The translations under genes and the position numbers were made by a program. Positions 41,600 to 51,990 of a stretch of 64,000 bases of DNA are shown here, one piece after another. The DNA is from Paramoeba atlantica. Lineage: Eukaryota; Protista; Discosea. Positions within the stretch are counted from its first letter, which is position 1, and every line of letters starts with the position of its first letter. The notes under the pieces are model-generated. The model saw only the letters and a program-made list of their open reading frames with translations. It did not search any database and was not told the DNA's origin. The DNA is taken from the NCBI GenBank assembly GCA_977017575.1, contig CDRNVI010000039.1, positions 711,930 to 775,929 on the forward strand. Direction: 5' to 3'.

Positions 41600-44500
41600 A
41601 TGTGTGATACTAGGAATAGGGCGAAGGCTTCCGGTCCTTTTCGAGCTTTGCATGAGGTGAAAGCTAAGCTTCGAAAGGCCAAGTGTTCTCGGGGAAACCT
41701 CTTTCTGCCCCCCCAGCGGAGGGAGGGAGTAGCGAAACTTCGGCCGCGCGCGCTTCATCGTATGGCTTGTTTGATGAAAGTTGGGGTTAGGGTCACGATC
41801 GTGTGGCATAAATCATACTGCCTAAAGCTACGCTTGTGGGAAGGAACTATTGTGCGGAACGGGTCAGGGTGTTGCGAGATTAAGTACGACGCAGTACCTT
41901 GCATGGCTTTTTGTTTTCCACCGCAAGATGATCGGATTATTATTTCAGGGGGGTTTGTTGCCTCGGCCAAGAAACAAACGAAGCGAAACGATAGATGCAA
42001 ACGCAAAGCCCGTCCTCCGAGTGGCGCCGGAGGGCGGAGGAGTAACGTGGAAAGTTGCGCTAAGAGAGGGGGCTTTCGAGTAGGTACTTTGAATGTTGAT
42101 ACATTGAAGCTTCGGCATGCGACACATTGGGCTTTACGTAAATCGTTTCGTATATCGCAAATTGTACGTATGATGAACTACTATAATATTTCCGTTGTTG
42201 CATTGCAGGAGACGCGATTGACTTTTAATGGTGGGCAAGATATTTTACGACACTGTGTGCACATTGCGGGGGAAAACATTCACATTTATTTGATGAGCGC
42301 TTCCAAAGGATACAATGGTATGGCGTTCCTGAGCAAAATGCCGCTTACAGTCGAAAAAGTTAGTGACAGAATTATATCTGGTAGTTTGAAAATTGGTAAA
42401 TTGCAAACGTGTATTTTTAATATATATTCCCCAACTGCAGCATCGGATAAAGACAAGCAGGATGAATTTAACGCCAATTTATTTGACGCGTGGCAAAAAA
42501 GTAACCATGGCCTTAAAATCATTTGTGGAGACTTTAATTCCCCGCTGCAGAAGCCTTTTCGCGGAACCGAGCACACTGATCGAACGAAATCTTTTAAACT
42601 CTTTCTTAGCACACTCGAAGCACGTTCAGCACACATGTGCTGTTGGCCTAAACGGCAGTGGACGTATACATTTCCAAATGGAGCAAAAAAGCAATTGGAC
42701 CACATCGTTGTCAACACGCGATTTGCTTCTTCCATGGGTGAAAATAGAGTACTGTTGCCACCCATTCCAACTCCACACTGCTTTAACTGGGTTGGTTTTC
42801 GAATAAAATGGAAGCGTGCATCACTTCCGACCCCACCGAGACCGTATTGGGGTTCACTGAGGGATGAAAAGACTCAAGATGTTTTCATCAAAAGCATAAA
42901 AGAAGTGCTCCATGCTCCACAGAAGCGACAACGAGACGGCAACATGACTGTCTCAATATGGAAACGAATGGAGTCAGCAATCAAGACATCATCCAAAAGT
43001 TTACCAAAGATGTGTAAAAACCTGACGTTAAACGAAGAACAGAAGCGTGATATTTCTAAAGTAAGACCGGAGGAATACAGTGATAACGAAAATGATCTTG
43101 AAAAAGTTGTCAAACTCTCGAGAAATCGGAATTTATTTGAAAAAGCCTCCATTGAGCATACGGCGCAAATTGAAGAAGTTATTGAAACAGAGTGTGCCAA
43201 TCTTGCTGATGACCTGCGCAAGAGATCTGGAGCAGCATTTCGAAAAATTCGGAAAATAATCGGAGACAATAGAGCTAAGATAGGATTCTTCGGAAATAAT
43301 GAGCGACAATGTCTCGAAAAAATTTATGACCATTTCAGTAAAATTGGGCATTCTTCCACCGAGGAGGATGAAGTAGTGAAGTTTATCGATGCATTGAAAC
43401 CCACTGTTCCTATAAACGATGATCCCTTCACCATTGAAGAATTGTATGGAGCTTTGTCAAACATGCATAATGGAAAAGCAGCAGGAAGTGACGACATACC
43501 AGTTGAAGCCTACAAGGCCCTATCGAAAGATGCAGAACTGTCCACTACACTTCTAAACATTATCAATGAGATCCAGGAAACGGGAATTACAGATGATACG
43601 TGGAGGACTGTTCTGCAAGTGCCAGTGCCTAAAAAGGGAAACACCAACGATTTGTTACAGTGGAGACCTATTTGCTTAGTCAATCATATTGTAAAGGTTA
43701 TGAATCGCATGGCCTTGGAAAGAATTCAACCTGCATTAGAAGAAATGCTACGACCCAACCAGTTTGGCTTTCGGCCGAATCACTCAACCTCAGGTGCCCA
43801 AGCAATTTTTTAAGAGATAACTCAAAAGGCATCTCGAGGATCCGGAGGTGTGGCCGTTGGTTTCGTAGATTTCAAACAAGCTTTTCCTTCCGTATCACAC
43901 AGCGCTATTCGAGCAGCCTTATCAGCATTTCACATACCTGAGAACCTCAAAAAGCTAATTTTGGCATTATATTGTGACTTAAAATCTTTTGTGCGCACCC
44001 CATACGGGGATACAGAAAGCTTTCGAGTTCGAAATGGTACACTTCAAGGCGACGTACTTGCCCCCACGATTTTTGTCATGGTGCTGGATCGTATTTTGTG
44101 TGCAGCAATAGATAACAAACAATTTGGATTGATTACACAAAGCCGGGGAACCAGAAGTCGAGGCAAAGAACGCATTCGTGTATCGGATACCAATTATGCC
44201 GACGACATTGCCCTTTTTGCAGAGTCAAAACAAGAACTCTCGAAAATGATTGAAAGCTTGGTTTCTTGTGCCGGGAAATCTAACCTTAGAGTTTCTGTGG
44301 GACCATCAAAAACAGCATGGATGACATTTGGGCGAGTTCCTGATTCGAATGGCCCTTTAATCGTAACAAGCATTGGCGAAATTCCACGAGTAAAACAGTA
44401 CCGGTATCTAGGAAATGTTTACGAAGAGGGCAAAAGATGTAAACCTGCTCTAGAACGTGTAAGGGCAGCATGGTATGCAATGAATAAGCTGCAAGGAATC

Positions 44501-45862
44501 TGGAACTCCCCACTGCCCATAAGTTCAAAGCTAATAGTTTTCAAAACATTGGTAATGCCTGTGTTGGTCTATAGTGCTGGAACTTGGACACTCACGGATA
44601 AAGAAACCAAGCATTTAGATACACAGGTTCATCGAATGAGAAGATGGGTTTGTGGGGTAAGTTCATGGGATGGCAAGAAGGGCACACGTTTGGACTCTCT
44701 ATACCAAGGTGACGACAGAGTCAGCACGACATCGAGAATTAAGAGAGCACAATTGGTTGGTCATCTGGTTCGTCATTCATGTCTCTATACACATGCTTCT
44801 ATGTGGAGACATAATGAGGAAAGCAAATTCCCCACTACTATTGAACAATGCGCAAGGGACTTGAATCTTCTCGTAAGCGAGGTATTCGTACAAGCCCAAG
44901 ATAGAAGTCATTGGTCGTCACTTATCGGGCAACTTCGTAAACGTCTTGAACCCAATCACGGTGTAACAACATTCGGATCAACGAAATGGATGAATGAGTA
45001 TAAGAGAACCTCTAAGGATACAACATACGAGAACCTTCAATTTCTTGAGGAAGGACCCAATGTTTTCCCATTGAATCGCAACGAAGTTCACCTGTATACT
45101 GACGGTTGTCTCATAAGAAAACAAGGGAAAATGCAATGCGGGTGCGACATATTAGCACTGGGGCATCAGCTTCCAACTATAAATTTGGGTTTAAGGCTTC
45201 CGGAGGAAATAGAACGAACCTCTTCCAACTCAGAGATGTATGCCCTTTGTGAAGGACTTGATCAGGCATCTGGCTTAACGCGCACTGTTGTTATTCATAC
45301 TGATTCTACTTATGTCTGGGATTTTGTTCATAAGTTAAGACACCAGTTTAGATTAACGGGATACCAAAAAGCTGAAAACCCTTCCCTCCTTCGTGTTATC
45401 GATGCAAAGCTCCGTAAGATTGAAGAAACGAATTCTATATACGTTGTTAAAGTTAAAGCTCATTGCGGCAACCAGTACAACGAAATGGCTGATTGGCTTG
45501 CAAAGCAAGCAGCTGAAAGACAAGACGTTTCATTATCATCCTTCTGTTTCAGACAAAACATACCGAAATCTAAGAACAATAAAATTGCTAGGAAAAGAAA
45601 TCCAACTCAAGAAGTAAGTAATATGAGTAAATCCAAGGTAGGAAGAGCAAACAGTCAAAGAGGTACATTAGTGCTCCTAAAGGAACCTAAGAAAGCTGAT
45701 AAAGTGAAACATCCATGTAGCACAATAGGAAAACGTGCAAATCGAGATGACGTGCTTTCACAACGAGCTAACAAACGTGGCATCGGGCAAGATTTCAATG
45801 AAAAATCTCATTTTACACCCAAATTTGGTCGAAACCCGCAAATAAAAAGGAATCTACAGTGA
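41600..45862 (+). pseudogene. LINE family 2 ORF: N-terminal domain, APE, RT, RNase H; one in-frame TAA at 43811-43813
   Basis: GTLNV, LQET, GDFNS, LDHIV; RPICL, DFKQAF, GTLQG, YADD; YTDG, TDS, HCG...NEMAD. Confidence 0.88.
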
Positions 45863-47006
45863 GAGAATTGAATGTCTTCTTGATTTTCAGACCATACTGA
45901 AGCTGTCTTCCGACAATATACTATTTATGAGAACGTCTTATCCGACTGCGATCCCTCCCCCCAATTCAAAATAAAATCAATTAACAATATTTGTTAGTGA
46001 CATTAAATCGGTAGCAGTCAGATTGCGGCAAAAAAAAAAAAAAACCTGCATGTGTACATTTCTGTTGTTCCGGAATCTTAATTATTACTCGTTGAGCATT
46101 GTTCCTGGTCGAGGTTTTCATCCTGGCTTGAAATCCGCAGCGAGGCGTCCGAACATTCAAAAAAGCAGAAACAATATAAAGTATCTAATTCCAGAAATAC
46201 ACACTTCTGTCTCTTTTCACTGAACATACAATATTTTTATAGAACAGGAATACATGTATACTACGATCTATAATGCGCACGCTAATAAGATAATAACTTG
46301 GTACCGAATCTAAAATCAATAATAAAACAAGTAAATACTATGTGAAGGGGCTAAGCCCCCCAACACTCGCAGCCGTGGCTGGGGGTTGGGTGGGTGGGCT
46401 TCGAAAACGTGTAGATTTTGTATTTGAATAGTCCCTAAGCACATACACATCCGTTAATAACTTTTCTAATGAATTTACGAAATCAATCAATCAACAGTCA
46501 CATTTTCAATGATAAGTAAAACTATACGTAATAAGCTCTCGCCTGAATTTCTTACCGTAAACTATTAGAAATCCGCAGCGAGGCGTCCGAACATTCAATA
46601 AAGCAGAAACAATATAAAGTATCTAATTCCAGAAATACACACTTCTGTCTCTTTTCACTGAACATACAATATTTTTATAGAACAGGAATACATGTATACT
46701 ACGATCTATAATGCGCACGCTAATAAGATAATAACTTGGTACCGAATCTAAAATCAATAATAAAACAAGTAAATACTATGTGAAGGGGCTAAGCCCCCCA
46801 ACACTCGCAGCCTCCAACCCGCTCACGCGTAGCTATTGAGCTCCTTTCTCGCGTTTATCCAATGTTGCTTGTCATGATAGAATGCCAAAAAGGGTGACCA
46901 AACCTTCGTGACACGCTTTTCCGAGGAACTAGCCCTGCCTAGATTCTGAACTAAAGAAAACAATTTTTTTTTTTTTTTTTTTTTGAAAACTACATGTATA
47001 TGAACG

Positions 47007-49664
47007 TCACTCGAAATTCCGACTAAAATGATCTGCAGGATTGAGCTTTGTCGAAACGTAATTCGCTTTGATGCAAAGGTGTCGTTCTTTCGCCCACTCC
47101 AAAACACTGCACAACTCTGGTGCAATCCCGTCTGATTTACAAATTTTTCTGTTGAATGCGGCCTTGCAGGAAGTGTTATCGATCCACAACTGAAGACACG
47201 TTTGTGGCTCAAATTTGTCCGCAAATTTTTCAAGTGCGAGTCGTACCGCTTGAGCTTCGGCCTTGTTGACTTCATATTCTGTCCCCGGCTCCCACGGACT
47301 TCCGACAATACATACCTCCCCATTGTCGAGATATAAGATCGCCCCCCATCCCTTGGCTGACGCATCGGTATAAAGGTTATGACGCGGCGGTGATAACTCC
47401 GGATGCGGAGAGGGCTCAACGGGTACGTTTTCAAGCAGTTTGTTGCGCCATTCTCCCAGCTTAGAACGAATCTTATACGGAAGGTCCACGACTTGATTAG
47501 CCATATGCGGCACTCGGTTGAGCAAATTTATTCTGCGCTGACAGATTTTTAATACAAAATGATATTTGGGGATTATGAGTCCTAAGATTGCGGAGCAATA
47601 CAAAAGGCGCCCCACCGCCGCCTCTAGCTCCACAAATGTCGGCTTCATAAATGAATCTTCGCGTAGTTTGAGCAACACTTTGGGCCCCAGGCTGACCCTA
47701 TGCGTGCTGTGGTTGTACTGTGCCCCATTAAAAACATACTTTTTCATAGGCAACATACCGGAATCCTTGAATCCTGCGTTCACACCTTCCGCCCGGCGAT
47801 CAACCCACGTCGTATAACGCAACGCTTCGTGCGTCGCACCAGCAAAACGAACTCCATCGACATATACATCGATGTGGCCCTTATCAAAAGTGGCCGGCTT
47901 AGAACAATAATCACTTGATCCAGCGATAGTCCCCATAATGGAATGCATGATTTCAGGGGCACATCTGTGCCCCATTGGGAGAACGCACATCTCGTACACT
48001 TCTCCTGCTTCGTCCAAAAAACGAAATTTCCGGCGAGATTTTTCTGGTATCGATATTTGGTAAAAGCCGCACACCAAATCTCTCTTCACTCCCGAACTTT
48101 CTTTTACGCGGTGCAAATATTTCGCGGGATGCATTAACGGAACGAAAGGTTCATAACTAGAAAGACGTGTGTTATCAGATTTGGTCCAGGAAATGAATCG
48201 CCTGCGTTGTCGCCCTTCATCATCCGATTCTACCACCGTAAATGGAATAAGGTACTGCATTGAAGGTCTCTTAGCAACGTCCTCCGCCGTTAGTTTCTTA
48301 ATGATATTATGCTTTTCAAGTAGTTGAAAGTCTGAGGAAGACAGTCCGCTTTTAACCGCAGGAGGTTCTTCTGGATGTGCGGGCATCTTAAGCGCTTCTT
48401 GCCATACTTCTTGAAATCTCGTGTCAACAGCTGGGGACATCCATTTCCGGACCTTATTAACATCAAGTTTCGGAATATTCGGTTTGACATGCAACGGAAT
48501 CGCGAAATCCTTTTCCTTAGCTAGCTTAGAGCTACGTCGTGTGCAAATTAACGAATGTCGCTTTAAATATGGAACTTGTTTATAACACTCCTGGATCATC
48601 TCTGGGGTCACAGCCCCGGAAGCAGTGCTGAAACTCTTTGGGTCCCCAAGGCTCGCGCGGTCGTCAATTGGTTTGCATTGTAGCGAAGAAGACTTTCCAG
48701 GTTCAAATGTTTTGTGAGGTACTGAATCTCCGACAAGGTGAGGCGGCCCTCGACCACGTGTTGGAATAGATGTGTTATTGCCCCGCGTTTGATTGAGTGG
48801 GTACCAAACCCTCTTCCTAGAATTTTTCTTATTTCCGCATCCATTTCCCGCACGGGAGTATGGCATATCTTCTGTTTTGGCGGAAGCCCCTCTATGTAGC
48901 GTGCTAGCTCTGGCGTCCCCGGACCCGTTATGACGGCATGCATATACGGCCGGAAGGGATTTAGGCGTGTTGATTTCGTCGCCCGACCCCAATAAATCAC
49001 TATCTCGGTTGAGGATACCTTGAGAAACTTCTCCCTGCAGAGTTCGGCGACCTCTGTCCACCGCGCCGCCGCTTTCCAGCACAGCAGCACGGCCATGGTC
49101 TGTGAGACTGTTATCTTGCTGCACAATTTCCGTAGCAGATACGGGGTCAGTGGCTCCATCTGACGTTGTGGCTCCAGCCCCCCCTGCGCTTGTAGTGCCT
49201 TCGAGTATAGCTTGAGAGGGGTGTTGTCCTCGTTTATGCATGTGTAAATGGTGTGTAGACTTCTTGTGTAGGCTAGCCGCGTCGTTACCGCAACGCTTAG
49301 GGAATCCAGAAACAATATGGCGTGCAGCGCAGTTGGACGTATGCTTCTTTTCTCGCAGAACTCGTTTAGTCGCATCCAAATACGTTCCCTTGTGGCCCAC
49401 GTCGTTTCCGTCCACATCGGATATACTGCCCTCTGAAGAGCCGGCGCCAGCGCGTCGTTTGGATCCATACGGAGGAGTTGGCACGTCAAGTTCAACCTTC
49501 TTGTTTTCGCTAAGGGGCCTGATAGGTCCGTTTGGTGTCCTGCGGGACGATTTATCCTCTTTTGAGTTCGACCCGTACCTGTAGTGTTTGTTTGACTCAT
49601 TGTTTGAGTCACGAGTATTTGCTGCGCATTCCGCAGTGTGCTGACATATCGCACACCGTTCCAT
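47007..49664 (-). CDS. RT/RNase H of YR family 2
   Basis: DLVCGFYQ, LPMG, YVDG, YTDAS, IDN, NPAD. Confidence 0.88.
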   Translation of the reverse strand: MERCAICQHTAECAANTRDSNNESNKHYRYGSNSKEDKSSRRTPNGPIRPLSENKKVELDVPTPPYGSKRRAGAGSSEGSISDVDGNDVGHKGTYLDATKRVLREKKHTSNCAARHIVSGFPKRCGNDAASLHKKSTHHLHMHKRGQHPSQAILEGTTSAGGAGATTSDGATDPVSATEIVQQDNSLTDHGRAAVLESGGAVDRGRRTLQGEVSQGILNRDSDLLGSGDEINTPKSLPAVYACRHNGSGDARASTLHRGASAKTEDMPYSRAGNGCGNKKNSRKRVWYPLNQTRGNNTSIPTRGRGPPHLVGDSVPHKTFEPGKSSSLQCKPIDDRASLGDPKSFSTASGAVTPEMIQECYKQVPYLKRHSLICTRRSSKLAKEKDFAIPLHVKPNIPKLDVNKVRKWMSPAVDTRFQEVWQEALKMPAHPEEPPAVKSGLSSSDFQLLEKHNIIKKLTAEDVAKRPSMQYLIPFTVVESDDEGRQRRRFISWTKSDNTRLSSYEPFVPLMHPAKYLHRVKESSGVKRDLVCGFYQISIPEKSRRKFRFLDEAGEVYEMCVLPMGHRCAPEIMHSIMGTIAGSSDYCSKPATFDKGHIDVYVDGVRFAGATHEALRYTTWVDRRAEGVNAGFKDSGMLPMKKYVFNGAQYNHSTHRVSLGPKVLLKLREDSFMKPTFVELEAAVGRLLYCSAILGLIIPKYHFVLKICQRRINLLNRVPHMANQVVDLPYKIRSKLGEWRNKLLENVPVEPSPHPELSPPRHNLYTDASAKGWGAILYLDNGEVCIVGSPWEPGTEYEVNKAEAQAVRLALEKFADKFEPQTCLQLWIDNTSCKAAFNRKICKSDGIAPELCSVLEWAKERHLCIKANYVSTKLNPADHFSRNFE
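48608..49654 (-). CDS. tyrosine recombinase of YR family 2, overlapping the RT frame
   Basis: AARW, HSIKR, KH, LLRY. Confidence 0.88.
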   Translation of the reverse strand: MRYVSTLRNAQQILVTQTMSQTNTTGTGRTQKRINRPAGHQTDLSGPLAKTRRLNLTCQLLRMDPNDALAPALQRAVYPMWTETTWATRERIWMRLNEFCEKRSIRPTALHAILFLDSLSVAVTTRLAYTRSLHTIYTCINEDNTPLKLYSKALQAQGGLEPQRQMEPLTPYLLRKLCSKITVSQTMAVLLCWKAAARWTEVAELCREKFLKVSSTEIVIYWGRATKSTRLNPFRPYMHAVITGPGTPELARYIEGLPPKQKICHTPVREMDAEIRKILGRGFGTHSIKRGAITHLFQHVVEGRLTLSEIQYLTKHLNLESLLRYNANQLTTARALGTQRVSALLPGL

Positions 49665-49733
49665 ACATAACTTGGAGATGAACGTGTAAAATAGCCTGGT
49701 AAGTTCTCCCGCCTTTTGTATAAGGCAGGAGCA

Positions 49734-50283
49734 GAACTACGTGCTTTTCTGCAAGCCTTGACAATCGGACATCAACGAGAAGGAGACTTCGTGGTGCATG
49801 TAGACTCCGAGCACGTATGGCAGTTTTGGCATCGACATCGCATCAGTTTTCAACTAGATGGTTATACAACACTCGAAAATGCGGATCTATTAAAGAAAAT
49901 TGGTGATAAGGCGCAATGTATACTTGAGACGGCAAATGTACATGTCGTCAAGGTAAGGGCGCACTGCGAAAATGCACGAAACGATTTGGCGGACAGAGTA
50001 GCCTACAAAGCAGCAGAAGGTATCGTATCCTTTCTACTAATACAAGAGATTGCCCCTCCACCTGCTTGTGAAAATGCACAGAATAGTAACGAGGCAGTTA
50101 GGCATGAATCGAAGGAGTGTGCTCATCGGTGTAAAGACAAGGAAGCATGCGGACATAAATGCTGCAAAAGGCATTTGCGTCAGTCCAAAGAATAAGAGAA
50201 AGAAAGTGGCATTCAAAGTCATGGCAGAAAGATTCCTAACCACTTTTAAGAACTAAGTGGTATATTATTATTTTTTTTATTAT
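49734..50283 (+). mobile_element. 5'-truncated LINE (RNase H plus Cys motif) with (ATT)n tail
   Basis: Direct repeat TATAAGGCAGGAGCA at 49719-49733 and 50284-50298, part of which may be microhomology. Confidence 0.8.
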
Positions 50284-50330
50284 TATAAGGCAGGAGCACG
50301 AGTAGTTGTTTTCGGGGTGGGGAACGTTTC

Positions 50331-51925
50331 CTAGTGGATCGTTCGTCTTTCGGCACGAGTGTAGCTCACAGGTGTCTTCGTACCGCCACTCGCCACCCCC
50401 CGGTGAAAATCCTTTAAACGTGGACAATTGGCCCGCAAGTGCCCAGGCATGCGACAGTTGAAGCACAGCGGAGGCTGGGTCGCACGTACCCGACGAGACT
50501 GCTTTGAAGTTTCCTCTAGCATAATACGTCCATAGGTGTCGTCAGGGTTCTTTACCTGGTGAAGTCGCTGCTGTACTTTCTCAACTGGAGCGCCGGCCGC
50601 GGCCCAATAATGGTTTCTTAGCTCCTCTATAATGATCTTAGCTATGTTGTAGAAGTTTTCGTCTGTCCATTCTGCCAACTTGCGCGCCGCATAAATCCAC
50701 TGAACGAGCATTTCGAATAAGCGTTCCCGAACAAGCGGAGGATTGAACCGTACGCCGAATTCTTTCGTATCGCGGAGCTCTCGCACCAGTTCCCGTGGCT
50801 TAAACTCATCTGGGGATTCTATCCATGGACCCCATGTTTTTGGTTCAATGGGAGAGAAGTTCTTGGGATCAGAGATGGTCAAACGGTCTACAGAAGGAAG
50901 ATGCTCAACTCGCTCACCGCCTGGCATCCGAGCTTGTACTTTGATGATGATGTATTGGGCCTTTTGACTCCGAAGAGTTATGGCCCCTCAACTCCCCAAA
51001 CGGGCAGTCCGAATACGTCTTGCGACGTATCCGGAGAGCCAGCCATAGCAAGCTACGGCTGACCTCCGCTTGGAGAGGAGTTAGGTTACAGCTAGGGAGG
51101 TGGGGTGCGCTATACCCCTGCGTCTTAGGTAATGCAAATAAGGCGCCCCTTGACCAAAAAAAAAAAAAAACCACTCTATCTTTTGAGGGTGGATATAAAA
51201 AAAAAACACATCACACATTCCAAAAATTTGACCGAATGGCACCCACCCTAGTTTCTTAGTACCTTGTTATATATTCGGTACCGGGCGGTGCCACCCATTC
51301 TGCATTGTCGGAATGGCATCTACCCTAATTATTTAGTGCCTCGTTTTGCTGGCACCGGGTAGTGTCGTCCATATTGTTTTCATCGTGCTCACCCTAGCTA
51401 TTTAGCGTCTTGTTATGCGACGCCGGGTGAGTTAGCTCGGGAGGCTGGGATCGCTAAGTCCCATCATCCGACATACAACGTAAGCCGGATGCCCTGACCT
51501 TTGTACTTTAGCAATCGCCAATGAGTAATAGTCAATATCTGGGAACGGGAAGCTGTACTCCATATCTTGTTCATCATCCCAACGCGCCTTTAATTCTGAG
51601 TGGTCAGGGCCATTGCGATTTTTCAAGTACACTTGGCCGATTACTGTATATTGCTCGGTCTCTTCCTTGTGGCCCCATACTGCCTGAATCCAAACCTTAT
51701 GACCTCGAGAGAGAAGCAATCGCATCTTATGAGCAAATTCATATTTCGCATCATCCGTCATCGGCAAACGTACATCGTTTCCAAGGAGGGCTTCAACCTG
51801 GTCAGGGTTGAGGGTACCGCCTCGTCGGCTATGTCGGGAAACCTGGGGCTCCGGAGCTTGAGGCTCAGGGCTGTTTGCTCTAGATCGTGAAATTGCCCTA
51901 GTCACGGCTTGGACGATTCCAGACA
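50331..51925 (-). pseudogene. gag of YR family 2, split by the SINE-like insertion
   Basis: ...AIAKVQ | ARMPGG... aligns to family 1 gag; CFNCRMPGHLRANC. Confidence 0.85.
50943..51500 (-). mobile_element. complete 558-bp structured SINE-like element
   Basis: TSD TTGTACTTT at 50934-50942 and 51501-51509; (CAT)n tail; no ORF of its own. Confidence 0.88.
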
Positions 51926-51990
51926 TAAAAATTCGAAAACGTGTAGATTTTGTATTTGAATAGTCCCTAAGCACATACACATCCGTTAAT

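Larger units (their letters stand above)
46130..51990 (-). mobile_element. YR retrotransposon family 2 (partial A1-ORFs-B-A-B) with two nested insertions
   Basis: B at 46130 and 46568; A at ~46400-46567 and partial at 51932-51990. Confidence 0.88.

Noticed and set aside
41600-41700. HDV-like ribozyme at the LINE family 2 5' end
   Set aside because: Partial P1, P4 and CUAA are present, but no valid P3/L3 register.
11303-43813. Stop-codon reassignment suggested by single in-frame TAG, TGA and TAA in otherwise intact ORFs
   Set aside because: Each is one substitution from a plausible sense codon; the CAA-to-TAA change at ~25423 is demonstrably a mutation; all three stops end ORFs elsewhere.
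51390-51500. HDV-like or pistol ribozyme in the SINE-like head
   Set aside because: An AGC/GCU hairpin and a YUAAAUAG-like linker exist, but no consistent P1/P2 or pseudoknot partner could be placed.
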